A DNA stretch of 64,000 nucleotides from Salpingoeca rosetta. Its lineage: Eukaryota > Protista > Choanoflagellata. Made by a program: the position numbers and the translations under genes. The stretch covers positions 1,669,018 through 1,733,017 of the forward strand of contig JAWQFM010000010.1 in the NCBI GenBank assembly GCA_033442325.1, in the 5' to 3' direction. Numbering within the stretch: the stretch's first letter is position 1; each line of letters opens with the position of its first letter. Below the pieces are notes generated by a model, which ran no database searches, was not told where the DNA came from, and saw only the letters and a program-made list of their open reading frames with translations. Positions 12,101 to 32,917 of the stretch are shown piece after piece.

Positions 12101-13069
12101 TGGGGGTTCTGGGGCATTGCCCTGACAGCGACCGGCTTCAAAGACAGCTACAACTGCGTGACGTCTGAGCCTGTCTACCGGTGTGAAGGTGCCAGCGCTG
12201 GCTTTGCCTGTGACGGGTATGGCGACCTCAAGAGCCCGTGTCAGGGCATTGCGTTCGCTCCCTCAGATGCGCAGAATGAGTGCGAGTGCCACCGACACAC
12301 ATGCTACACGGGCCTGGTGGAGTTTGCTGAGGAAGGGGCTTTCTTAAACATTGAGAATGTGTGCAACCCAACAACCACGAGAGTGGAAGGGGCAGTCGTT
12401 GCTGTCAGTTTAGACGAGTCGTGCACCTCCTTTGGGTCACTGGACGATTATGTGAACGCCACGTGCGGGTACCTGAATGCGGAGCATCCCAACGCCACGG
12501 GAACAAACGAGTGTGAGTGCAATGGAGGCACGTGCGAAATTGTTCCCGGTGCAAGCGGCACATGTCGAGGGTTTTATGGCGGCAACTACCAGGCCTTGGT
12601 CTGGGCGGCGTTTGCGTCCATTGTCCTTGGCTCTATCGTATTTGTTGTTGAGACGTTGAGGAAGATGGTGGAGTACTGGCGCAGGCGCAACATCGTTCAC
12701 TTGGGCAATGAGTTGGCTGCTGATGGCCAGGCGGGAAAACCCGGCGTCATCCTCAATCCGGCGTTTGTCACTAACGACGGCAATGATAATGGCAATGATA
12801 ATGGCAACGGCGGGCAGAAACCAACAAGGAACCCTCCCCCGCCAGCAGATGCGGTGGAGATGGAACCGTGCGGCTGTATCGAAGTGGAAGACAGGGTATC
12901 GTTTGCGCTGAAACTGGTGCGATTGTTCTGTGAAGACATCCCGCAGCTCTCGGTGCAGGTCATTTATTTGACTGTCCTTGGACAAGAAGGCGAGCCATCA
13001 GCCATTGTGAGCTTGGTTGCGACATGTGTCTCCATCATCATCACCATCGTGTTCATCACGCGCGCTTAG
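6197..13069 (+). CDS. Giant intronless LRR membrane protein (2290 aa): signal-like hydrophobic segment, Cys-rich cap, about 70-75 22-aa LRRs, multi-pass XK-like C-terminal module
   Basis: One uninterrupted ORF whose first in-frame ATG is at 6197. It has a hydrophobic FLCFALLLLHACLQAL segment, an LRR consensus LxxLxLxxNxIxxIxxQxWPxx over about 6727-11690, and about five TM-like segments including LFDMCTDWGFW and LFCEDIPQLSVQVIYL. Confidence 0.9.
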   Translation: MHTKTHALLRRRRGVVASAPSASAGSTDCLRSRATPRALQQQAQVQAQARRCSRGGLVPPAAATQRAVPPLRRGGFLCFALLLLHACLQALSNTGVLAQATLQDCTCATQWTTAGSGCSETIRIAGCGLVEPCGGPTPSFPTGYPYPPNTHFSSWCKLAASCGAFGSFDYCDPSEGVDLSGRGIASVSNFRFGPNVTDIDLSNNPIDDASLCDAHWPPFLATIDLSNTNLKNLSCLAALPAGVSIDISGNPLGNERLCSARWPDTLTTLTIQDANITDADIAACFVHTAKSALPNATDKLDLSYNGITQFADGAFPQELRDLSLAHNALTTLSGHNWKQTSITHLRLNGNKISSVVNNSFPAGLRNLYLNDNAITALSSSPNLWPPGLADLFLSDNSITSIAGQTWPVNITRLTLSNNLLMSIDNQTWPTRLQALTLYSNAITSVQAQTWPPTITLLRLDDNRLTSIAGQTWPSALQELQLFSNNIEALEGQVWPANLAYLNVENNRIDRLQGHVFPDTLLYLYARRNNITSVVNNTWPAHVEQLWLGYNNITFIDTLPASATDIRLNNNRISSVHGLTWPANLDTLYLSYNPLSSVDGQVWPTTLARLELEHTQITSISNQVFPDSLIYLYAQHSNINSISNVTWPSAMVDAWFSFNNIATVDAWPASVQRIRLDGNRITSIDDVLSAWPADLYYLDLDFNQLQHIHSQAFPDSLLYLYVSSNNLTSVTNVTWPAAMQEIALSNNSLTSTAVNSFPATVSSLRLDRNRFQQVPAAPLPAGLTGLTLAWNSITSIANQSWPPTLTTLDLSRNNIASIDGQQWSSAMSLLILSHNAIASLAGQAWPPALEQLDLQANNISDVSNPTWPATLFGLFLQHNRITSLDNVALPSNVESVNLFNNSITSIPANVSWPPAAENIYLQDNAITAIGEQHHWPPSLMDLFLHRNSIRQVDHLVWPSTLRRLSLANNSIATVTTPWPEELTLLYLAGNVLSTFDHHVWPQSLRFLTLDNNNLTSVRNQTWPPTLEFLSLTNNTLGFDGIYNQSWPQTLTQLFLDGTGIGDISTQRWPYTLTTLRLDRNNISNLSGQQWPRSLSELTLSFNAIADISTQVWPDTLTALLLDNNRISTLDGVSWPRSLKLLHLHNNTIARLGPQVWPLRLDLLRLENNNLTQVSVQQWPQTLRRLSLGYNSIRTLPIMSWPGSLELLDLADNALTRLGQQLWPSSLRNLLLANNSLPTIDDQVFPPQLETLFLHNNLLTSLPSAPGFWPADLRVLSLPHNYITSIDGQHWPMRLQSLHLQNNSFASIDDQQWPPHLEDLSLEQNGITSIANQQWPATLRTLWLHNNPLGSIQGQQWPAGLKLLHLQATDIDDIESQQWPESLEELHLGGNAICDIATQTWPSTLRILSLSDNCISDIENQAWPRNLEELTIDGNRISTIRTQVWPASLETLSLSENFIQDIEGQVWPERLLRFYFAQNLLTSLVGQTWPEGLLLLALYDNAITQLGVQHWPETLVDLNLNANALTTVDDQTWPASLRKLSLNDNMLQRFNADTLPRALERLGLANNRITSIDSTRWPNQLRILSLESNLITDISQQEWPSAQPLTLRLSDNRITSISSVTWPPFLTGLGLDGNEITSIKGQAWPSQLVVLYLHNNLIDSTSNQAWPATIRVLTLGGNRLTTVANQRWPIALEQLRLDNNAISVIGRQAWPPGLVDLRLGRNAITFNDTDSRAAFRNATSLLVLDLSSNDIQSLDGVVLPPSLQQLALTNNRLGNLSQHVQWPTQLSLLILDANPWDALIQGRAKARLRTGQAITALTHNLPCSLEELSINHGAQPWNCTREAVPADDCDDLRLAAGVCTADGIDGACVIRNTTSATTSPTMNGTGGAQQQEQYIWTCRLTEDGEAILKAQDVVRTDTSQQAESRTNAFYGVIAGVCGGAAVLLFWLFRKQATKLWMLLVIISLFDMCTDWGFWGIALTATGFKDSYNCVTSEPVYRCEGASAGFACDGYGDLKSPCQGIAFAPSDAQNECECHRHTCYTGLVEFAEEGAFLNIENVCNPTTTRVEGAVVAVSLDESCTSFGSLDDYVNATCGYLNAEHPNATGTNECECNGGTCEIVPGASGTCRGFYGGNYQALVWAAFASIVLGSIVFVVETLRKMVEYWRRRNIVHLGNELAADGQAGKPGVILNPAFVTNDGNDNGNDNGNGGQKPTRNPPPPADAVEMEPCGCIEVEDRVSFALKLVRLFCEDIPQLSVQVIYLTVLGQEGEPSAIVSLVATCVSIIITIVFITRA

Positions 13070-13344
13070 GCGCTGTGTGTGTGTGTGTGTGTCGAATAGT
13101 ATTCGTGAATGGCCATGTGTGGCTCTGTCAGTGTGCCTGAGTGTTTGAGGGTGATGCTGTTCTTGGTTCTCTTGTTTGTTTGCAAACAAGTGAGCATTTT
13201 GCTTTATTCTTGCTGCTTCCGTGATGTGACACTGAGTGAAAGGACATCATGGACGAAGCTACAACTTGAGCCTTCATGTTATTATGCTAACTTGTGGCTT
13301 GAGCCACGCTAAGAACCAGCCACTCCGCGCAACAACCCAGCACG

Positions 13345-13412
<68 letters not shown>

Positions 13413-13437
13413 AAGCGGTGCTGGCTGACTTAAGGAT

Positions 13438-16616
<3,179 letters not shown>

Positions 16617-16822
16617 CCTGCTCCGTGCTTCCTCTTCAGCGCGCGCGCGTTGTTGTACTGTGGTCGTGGATGCAGTGAGTTGCTGTAGCTTGTGTGACAA
16701 TTGCACCTCGCTTGTGTGATGTGATTGCACCTCGCCCGCCACGTCCCTGGCCACTGCGTCCGAATTGCTTGCTTGGTGATGATTGTGGAGTTTATCGTTG
16801 GTGTTGTGATGGGTTGCAATCA

Positions 16823-16899
<77 letters not shown>

Positions 16900-17114
16900 C
16901 ACACACACACACTCACACACACACACTCACACACACACACAAACAAACAAAGGGAACGCACAACACTGAAGGACGACAACAAACAACATGACAAGACAGG
17001 GAGGAGGGCGTGGTAACGGTTGCTCTGCTCCTCGCTGCTGTGGTGATCACGGGAACTGTCACGGTGTTGTAGCGATCAACGTGGTGCAAGCACCTGTCCG
17101 GGGGAGGCGGCGCT

Positions 17115-17537
17115 TCAGTCGGTGATGGCGACCTGGGTCTTGGCCTTCTTGGCGCTCTGGGGTGGCTTGGGCACCTCGATGCGCAGCTGGCCGTTGTCGA
17201 ACTTGGCCTTGACCTTGCTGGCGTCGACGCCCTCCGGGAGGCGGAAGCTGCGCTGGAAGGAGCCGTAGTGGCGCTCAACGCGGTGCACCTTGTCGTCCTT
17301 CTGCTCCTGTTTGCTCTTGCGCTCGCCAGAGACGGTGAGAACGTCGTTCTCCACGTCAATCTTGACGTCGTCCTTGGACATGCCGGGCGTGTCCATGGTG
17401 AAGATGTGCGCGTCCTTGCTCTCCACAATGTCGCACGAGCCGAGCATGTTCCAGCGCTGCTGCTCCTCCTGCGCGCGGCGGAAGGGGAGCAGGTCCCAGC
17501 TGTCGAAGAAGGGGTCGCGGTACAGGGAAAGGCTCAT
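17115..17537 (-). CDS. Small heat-shock protein (HSP20/alpha-crystallin domain), 140 aa, intronless
   Basis: DIVESKDAHIFTMDTPGMSKDDVKIDVENDVLTVSGER...HRVERHYGSFQRSFRLPEGVD...KAKFDNGQLRIEVPK. ATG at 17537. Confidence 0.96.
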   Translation of the reverse strand: MSLSLYRDPFFDSWDLLPFRRAQEEQQRWNMLGSCDIVESKDAHIFTMDTPGMSKDDVKIDVENDVLTVSGERKSKQEQKDDKVHRVERHYGSFQRSFRLPEGVDASKVKAKFDNGQLRIEVPKPPQSAKKAKTQVAITD

Positions 17538-17853
17538 GGTTCTGGCTTGCGCGTACTTGGAAAGCGGGCCGCGTACGATGGGCGAGAGAACACTCCGAAG
17601 GAGGGATATGGCTGCGGTCACTGGCGGCAAAGAGGAAACAGGCACGGGGTCGAACGTTCGTCGTCTTCTTGTTCCTGGTCTTGCTCTTGATTGGCGATGA
17701 AGAAAATGACTGCTCGCCCTCACCGCTCTCCGCTTGTACCCCGAAATCTGAGCAGCAGTGGCAGCTTCACTTTCTGTTGCTGTTGCTGTTAGTTCTGCCA
17801 GCCAACTGTTGCTTCAGCGCATGTTTCTCCTGCATTGCTAGGTTCGCGGCTCG

Positions 17854-17878
17854 CTTCTACAGCTTTCTTGGGCGTTCT
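17854..17878. promoter_or_regulatory. Putative step-type heat-shock element upstream of HSP20
   Basis: TTC occurs at 17855, 17865 and 17875, an exact 10-bp period (nTTCn-N5-nTTCn-N5-nTTCn), about 320 bp upstream of the HSP20 ATG. Confidence 0.4.
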
Positions 17879-17986
17879 GGCTGCTGCTGAAGCAACTCAG
17901 GGGCGGGTATTGCTTCTGCTCATGTTTCAGCAGTGAGACAGGTGTGTCTTTCGGGGTTGGTGTGTGTGTGTGCGTGTGTGTGCGTG

Positions 17987-18040
<54 letters not shown>

Positions 18041-18280
18041 GCTTTCTGGATCTCTCTGCACAAGTGTTGCATCGAGCAACCTCCCAGCCACACCAACCAC
18101 CACACTGGACTGTTGCGTTTGCGTTGGACGCATTGATTGCGCACACGTTTTGCTGAATTTTGGTGTATATCTTCAACCAAACATCTACAGACAAGCAACA
18201 CAAGCAGCGTCAAACCTGTTCACCCTCGCCCCTCGCCCCCGCCCCCGATTTCTCTCTCTCGCCGTGCACGCGCGTGCGGG

Positions 18281-18300
18281 TGAAGGTTCTGGAGAGTTCG
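18281..18300. promoter_or_regulatory. Putative 4-unit heat-shock element (tGAAggTTCtgGAGagTTCg)
   Basis: Alternating nGAAn/nTTCn pentamers with one mismatch, about 750 bp upstream of the HSP20 ATG and just 3' of the cyclophilin stop codon. Confidence 0.5.
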
Positions 18301-18329
18301 ATGTGCTGCCAGGCATGCTCGCATTGTCC

Positions 18330-21900
<3,571 letters not shown>

Positions 21901-22149
21901 GACTGCTTGGCTGGATGGATGGACGTGGGGTGGCTGGATGGATGGATGGATGGACGGGTGGACGCGCTCAGTACCTTCCCCTTCCTGCTTCGTGGTCGTC
22001 GTTCGCAGTGAAAACAAGGCACGAAAAGTACATCAAATCATTCGCCATTCCTCCACAACCACCTCCAGCCACTGCCACCACAACAACACAAACACAGCAC
22101 AAACACACAAACACACAACATACAACACAAACAACAACGCGGGCACGAC

Positions 22150-25100
22150 ATGATGATGCGGGCGGCATTCGCACTGCTGCTGGTTGCGCTGGCGGTGGCG
22201 CCGTCCCAGTACGGCGCGCTTGCATATGTGCGCGATACTCCTTATCGTGAGCTGGTGCCACAGCGGTTCCAGTACAAGTCGCAGACGCCCATTGAGGGCT
22301 TCAACCAGCTCAGCTTCAACGCCATCCATGCCATCGATGGCTGCACCGTGCTCGACAGTCAGGGCTGGCTCCTCGCCACAGAGCTCGGCCTCACATGGTT
22401 TACCCGCTCAAACGTGAACAAGTTCATCCCTGTCCAAGGCGAGAGCATCGACTGGGCGTCATCACGCCTCCTGTGTGCACAGGACAACCACGTGTTTGTT
22501 CTCGATGCCACAACCGCATACTTGATCGCCATCGACGACACAGAGGTCAGACACCACCTTGTTTCCCTGCACATATCGAACACACACTCACACACATACG
22601 CGCTCTCTAACGCGCGCACATGAAATATTGCTCAACACAACATGCAAATCAGTGCTTCTGCTCTTCAACACCATCGCTACACTCTTCTACTTGTACACGC
22701 CCTCAACCAACGCGCGCGCACACACACACACGCCCACACACACCCACGCCCACACATTCCCACACTCACGCACACATTCCCACGCCCACACATTCCCACA
22801 CTCACGCACTCACGCACTCATGCACACATGGACACGTGTGATATTGCAGCACGGAAGCGTGCAGTGGAAGGTGCCACATTATCTGACGAGTGTCAACGAC
22901 GTGTGCTACGATGGCCAACGGCTGTGGATCGCCAGTGGCAACGGCACTGTCACGCTGAGCACCAAGACACAAGTGCTGTCCATCGCGGACGACCGCGAGG
23001 CGACCGCCGTTGCCTGCAAGCAAGGCGCCAAGGAGGCGTTCTCCGGCGGGCCCGCGTCCGTGCAGACCTTTGACGCCGACGCCAGGCTGGTGCGCTGGGA
23101 CTGGGTGACCAACATCACGAGCGCCGCTGGCGGCGTGTACGACGGGCCCGTGACGAGCATGGCGCTTGACGATGACGGCGTGCTGTACGTGGGCACACCG
23201 GTTGCCATCAACGCCCGCCAGCCCGCCACCGCCACCGTGAGCCGCTTCGACTACCAGCAGGGGCTCCCCATGAACAACACGCAGATTGTGGCGGTGGAGG
23301 CTGGCGGCACGCAGGCGCTGTGGGCGGCGTCGCCATCTGCAACCATGCGGCTCTCGCCGGAACTGAGCCAGAGCCCCGGGGAGGTGATGCCTGGCCAGTG
23401 GCGGTACTTCCAAGGGCCGCGCTACCTGCTGGGCAAGAGCGCAGTCTTTCTCATGGACACGACGTACGCCAACCAGACGGTGGTGGTGACGGACGGCGGG
23501 CTGGTGGTCTTGGAGTGGCAGTGGTGGACGCTGGCAGCCAAGGCCGACCACTACGAGACGATCCTCAGCCGCCACATCCGCCACGGCATGGTGTCGGACT
23601 GCAACCTCAAGTCGTATGGCAACGCCACCTCCTGCACCAACGGGCCCTCGGACAACAACGGCCTGTGGACGTCGCTGCTTGTGGTGGCGGAGGCGTACAA
23701 GTACGCGCTGAGCCCAACACCGCAGCAGAAGGCGCGCGTGGCGGAGGTGTTCAAGGGCATGAAGCTGCTTGTCGACGTGACGGGCGTGCGCGGGCTGATG
23801 GCGCGGTCGGCCGTGTCACCGAGCGAACCCACACCGTCTGGCGGTGTCTGGCACAACAGCACCAACCCCAAGTACAAGGGGTGGCTGTGGAAGGGCGACG
23901 CGAGCAGCGACGAGGTTGTTGGGCACATGTTTGCGTACCCAGCGGTGATTGCAGCCATGCCCAACACGACTGAGGCTGACGACGCGTTGCAGCTGATGGA
24001 GGACATTGTGTCCTACATTGTGAAGAACAAGTTTCTCCTCATTGATGTCACGGGCAACCACACCCGCTGGGGCGTCTGGGCTCCAGACTACCTCAACCAC
24101 GAGTGAGATGTTTGTGTGTATGTTTGTTTGTGTGTGTGTGTGTGTGTGTCTGTGTGTGTGTGTGTGTGTCTGTGTGTGTGTCTGTGTGTGTGTGTGTTTG
24201 TAATATGTGTGTGTGTCTGTGCGTGTGTGCGTTTGTTCACACGCAAGACACCAACGGGGGCGGTTTGATTGGTATTGTGGCACAGCACAATCACACACAC
24301 ACACACACACTCACACACATGCGCACCTGCGTGTGTGTTGCTGACACGACCACCACCTGTTTGTCCGCCTTTTCAGCCGCGATTGGAGCGACGAGCGCGG
24401 TCTCAACGCAATGCAGATCCTCGCATACGTCTCCGCCCTCGCAGCATACTCCCCGTACGCCCGCGCTGCACTGTGGCCTGCTTTGTGTCTGTGTGTCTGT
24501 CTGTGTCTGTCTGTGTCTGTGTCTGTGTCTGTGTCTGTGCGTGTGCTGAACTCTGTTTATTCCTGCGTATTCGAGGCGACATCACTCATGAACGCTTGCC
24601 TTCCTTTGCGTGCGATAGGAACCCTGACATGCAGAAGCTGGCGAAGACCGCATACAACGAGCTCACAAACGCCACGAACCAGGTGGGATTACGAACCCCA
24701 CACGCAGCAGCACGCGTGCATCATTATGCCTGAGCGCCTTGTGGTTTGCTCTCCGTCCAGTGGGCCCGCTCATACTTGGTCGTTTCACATTTTACCCTCA
24801 CCACAACCGCCACCACCAACACCATCGCGACGACCCTCATTACAATCATCCCCACCATTACTTACCCCCCCCCCTCCCACGCCAACACTACGATTCACCA
24901 TTCAACAGTACGATAAGAACATGATCAACCTGAAGATTGAGTCGCCCGACGACGACAACTACAGCGACGACGAGCTGACATTCCTTCCCTACTACACCTT
25001 CCTCGGCGCCGCGGCCAAGGCCCCCTACTTCGACTCGCCCGCCCTCCACACCAGCTTTGACCGCACGTGGTCTGCTGTGCGCCGCCTCAGCTCGGCAGCG

Positions 25101-25210
25101 TGGACCAGCATGTACGTGGGCCGCGGTGGCAAGGACTACACCGAGGACGACCTCAACGCCATGCTATGGTGCGTTCTCAGTACGTGTGCGTGTATGTGCG
25201 TGCGCGTGTT

Positions 25211-25271
<61 letters not shown>

Positions 25272-26004
25272 TGCGTGCGTGTGTTCAGTGTGTGTTCAGC
25301 GTGTGTGTGTGTGTGTGTGCGTGTGCACTCTGTGAGTGCATGTGTGAGTGTGCATGTGTGAGTGTACATGTGTGTGCACCCATGCCAATGCTGTCTGCGT
25401 GCGTGCTTGCTTACATGTGTGAACATAGCGTGCAACATATGTAGAGGTCTCCCCGACGCAAACCTCCCACCCTGTCCACCACGTGCACTGCCACCCTATG
25501 CTACAGGAACCTGCGTACGTGGCCGCTGGAGCTGATCAGCTGGCCCGTCAAGAACTCGGACCGCCGCGACATTGTCCTCGACATTGAGGCAGACCGCTCC
25601 GGACGAGTGGGCGGCGACTCGGTCCGTCACGCACACACACACATGCACACAAACAGGCGAACAAACAATACGCGCTTACCTGCTCACGAACGCACACAGA
25701 TCACGCACACAAAAACACACACACACACGCACATAACACACACATTTACACGCACAACACTCACATACAATAACACGCACACACACTCACACACACACAA
25801 ACACTCAAACACTCACGCAACTGCTCTCCCTCTCTCCCAAATGCGTTGCAGACGTTCAAGGTGCTGCCTGCGAACGAGCGGCCACAGCTGCGCTGGAACA
25901 GCAACCCGCACGACCTCGATGGCGGGAGCGGCATGTCTGAGGGCGACCCTGGCGCATGGCTCTGGCCATACTGGATCGCTCGCTACCACGGCCTCATCGT
26001 CTGA
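22150..26004 (+). CDS. Uncharacterised secreted protein: beta-propeller N-half plus predicted (alpha/alpha) barrel C-half; candidate carbohydrate-active enzyme (7 exons)
   Basis: Signal peptide MMMRAAFALLLVALAVA. Propeller-like blades VTSMALDDDGVLYVGT and DYQQGLPMNNTQIVAVEAGGTQALW. C-half motifs SDNNGLWTS, VTGVRGLMARS, WLWKGDASSDEVVGHMF, ERGLNAMQIL, NYSDDELTFLPYY, LPANERPQLRWNSNPHDLDGG and WPYWIARYHGLIV*. Approximate exons: 22150-22545, 22850-24102, 24378-24455, 24619-24682, 24909-25168, 25507-25622, 25851-26004. Confidence 0.85.
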
Positions 26005-26376
26005 TTACCCTCCCTCTTGCTGGATGATGGGGTGCACAGCGTTGCCAGCCAGCGTTTTGTGTTTCTGTGTGTCGTGTTCTTGCTCGTTTGTGAGCACGGC
26101 CTTTGCTTGCTCTCTTTTGTCTTGCATCTCTTTCCCTCTGTTCGCGTCAACTCCATGTTTGATTCGTTGCAACAGTGTGGCAGTTGTGTGCTTCATTCAC
26201 AATAAGCAAGCAAGCAAACAAACAAAGCGACGCAGCCAGCAAGCAAGCAAGCGACGCAGTGTGGCGACAACTAGATGCACAACCAAACCACACACCAAAA
26301 CACAAACAAACAGGGTGGATTGTTCGTATGTGTTATTGCAAATTTTCCGCATAACAGGCACAGACAAACAACAGCC

Positions 26377-31037
<4,661 letters not shown>

Positions 31038-31759
31038 TGCGCACGTGCACGCAGCCAACTACCGCTGCTATCTCCACCACCACTCGCTTTATGTCGATTC
31101 TAACCCACTTGCCCACACCAACCCACTTTTGGTATTTTGTCTTGTGTCTGATCATTTCCATGTTGAGTTGCGGTTTCATTTCGTCTGTATTTGCTTCTGT
31201 CACCAGCCAAGCAGACACAGTAAAGGGAACCGTAACTGAGTCACCAAGTTCACTCAGATGACCAGTGCTTCCAAAACAAAACAACGAGCACTCACATCAG
31301 AGTTGATGACACAAACACGTGAGGATGATCGTCATTCAGCGCAAGACACTATCATGCCAGCGTCCATTGAAGCAATGGCCGTCTAAAAAGGAGGGGGCGG
31401 AAGTGTGTGGATGCAAACACACGACGGCCGTTTTATCTCCTGTTGCGCCTGCCTGCTTGCTTCTCTTGGTGCTCGTCGTCGTGTGCTCGTTGTGTGCATG
31501 TGCCTCTGCGTCCGTGAGCGTTGGCGCTTCTCCAAGCCGTAGCGTGTGGCGGAGCTGCGGCCATCTGGCAATGGCCAACACCCATCAGGTCATCTGCCAT
31601 CAGTGAGTGCATCCGCCACCGGCAAGGGCGCGATGGCTGTGGCCTGCGCTACGCACACCCGTGCCTACAGAGCCCGAGCCCTGTACCCGATGGCGGGTGA
31701 GGAGGGCATGTTGCCTCGCGGGAATCGCGTGTCGCTGCTGCTACTTGGCTTCTTGGCGG

Positions 31760-32917
31760 TTATGTGGCATCCGCTGCCCATGCGCCGGGCGCGTAGAGGA
31801 AGCCAAACATGCCGTCAGCATCGCTGCCGGCGCCGCCACTGTTGCTGCCGTGCTGGCATCCGTAATGGAAGAAGTACTGCTGCTGCTCTTGCTGCTGCTG
31901 GTTGTGGAAGTCGCTGTACTCTGCGCTGTCGTACCCGTCAAACCAGCCGCAGTCACAGCTGCTGCTGCTGCCCTCGCCGCCATCCACGCAGTTGGCGCCA
32001 TAGCAGGTGGTGAAGGGTGCGGAGAAGCAAAACTTGTCGGCGCCGTCGTCGTCATCGGCCGTAGCGGCAGAAATGCTGCTGCTGCCCAAGGTGTACGCCT
32101 CATCATGCAACCGCAGTCGTTCTTGTTGTTGTGGCTGCTGCTGTGGCAGCTGTTGCTCTTGCTGGTAGTGGCGTGTGTCCACTGGACAGCTGGCTTGGCC
32201 GGGCTCGCCGGCTGTGTCCATGCAGTCACTGGCAGACACGGTGGCTGTGGTGCAGGGCTGTGTGGTGTTGGCGGAGAGCGGGCCGCGCAGCAAGTACATG
32301 CTCTCCAGCCGTGCCTCGTTCCAGTCCGGCGAGCCAACGGCAAACACGTCGCCGCCCTCGTCCTCCCCCTCCTCCTCTTCCTCCTCCTCGTGCATCATCA
32401 TGTCGTCCTCGCACTGGCTGCCAAGGTGGGTGTGGCGATCAAAGTAGCGCTGGCGCAAGCGGCGGCGCTGTTGGCGTTGGCGGCACGAGGTCGCGCTCGC
32501 AGCCATGACAGAGGAGGAAGTGGTGGTGGCGGTGCTGGTGCTGTCGTCGGTGCTATCGAAGACGTCGTCGCCAGCGTCTGGGGACGCGAGGTTGGAGAGG
32601 GTGGCGGCCTCAAAGAGGGCGTCCAGGCTGTCCGAGGTGTAGTGCTCCTCGGTTGTGTCCTCGTCGTTGTGCACGCTGTTGATGGCAGACACGGGGAGGG
32701 CCAGGTGCGCTGCGCAGGAGCCGCGGCGCTGGGCCAGGCTGGAGATGGGCCGTGGCTTGTTCAGCTGCAGGCGCGGCAGCTGTGGCGCAGACCTGGTCTT
32801 GGTCATGATTGGATGAGGCGCCTTCTTGGCGCTGCTGCCGGTGGTGGTGCTGTTGGTGTTGACGTTCGCGTGAGCGTTGGTGTCGGCGGCAGATGAGGGC
32901 ATCATGGTGATCATCAT
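31760..32917 (-). CDS. Orphan low-complexity, probably disordered protein (385 aa, intronless)
   Basis: Long GC-rich ORF free of (CA)n noise, starting in an aagATG context. It has acidic, Ser/Thr and Gln tracts, an RRGS motif and a GSPDWNEARLESMYLLRGP island. No recognisable domain. Confidence 0.6.
   Translation of the reverse strand: MMITMMPSSAADTNAHANVNTNSTTTGSSAKKAPHPIMTKTRSAPQLPRLQLNKPRPISSLAQRRGSCAAHLALPVSAINSVHNDEDTTEEHYTSDSLDALFEAATLSNLASPDAGDDVFDSTDDSTSTATTTSSSVMAASATSCRQRQQRRRLRQRYFDRHTHLGSQCEDDMMMHEEEEEEEGEDEGGDVFAVGSPDWNEARLESMYLLRGPLSANTTQPCTTATVSASDCMDTAGEPGQASCPVDTRHYQQEQQLPQQQPQQQERLRLHDEAYTLGSSSISAATADDDDGADKFCFSAPFTTCYGANCVDGGEGSSSSCDCGWFDGYDSAEYSDFHNQQQQEQQQYFFHYGCQHGSNSGGAGSDADGMFGFLYAPGAWAADAT

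Noticed and set aside
31607-32896. 429-aa plus-strand ORF
   Set aside because: It is an antisense shadow of the GC-rich minus-strand ORF, with a non-ATG start and a V/A/L/G-rich composition typical of reverse-complement codons.
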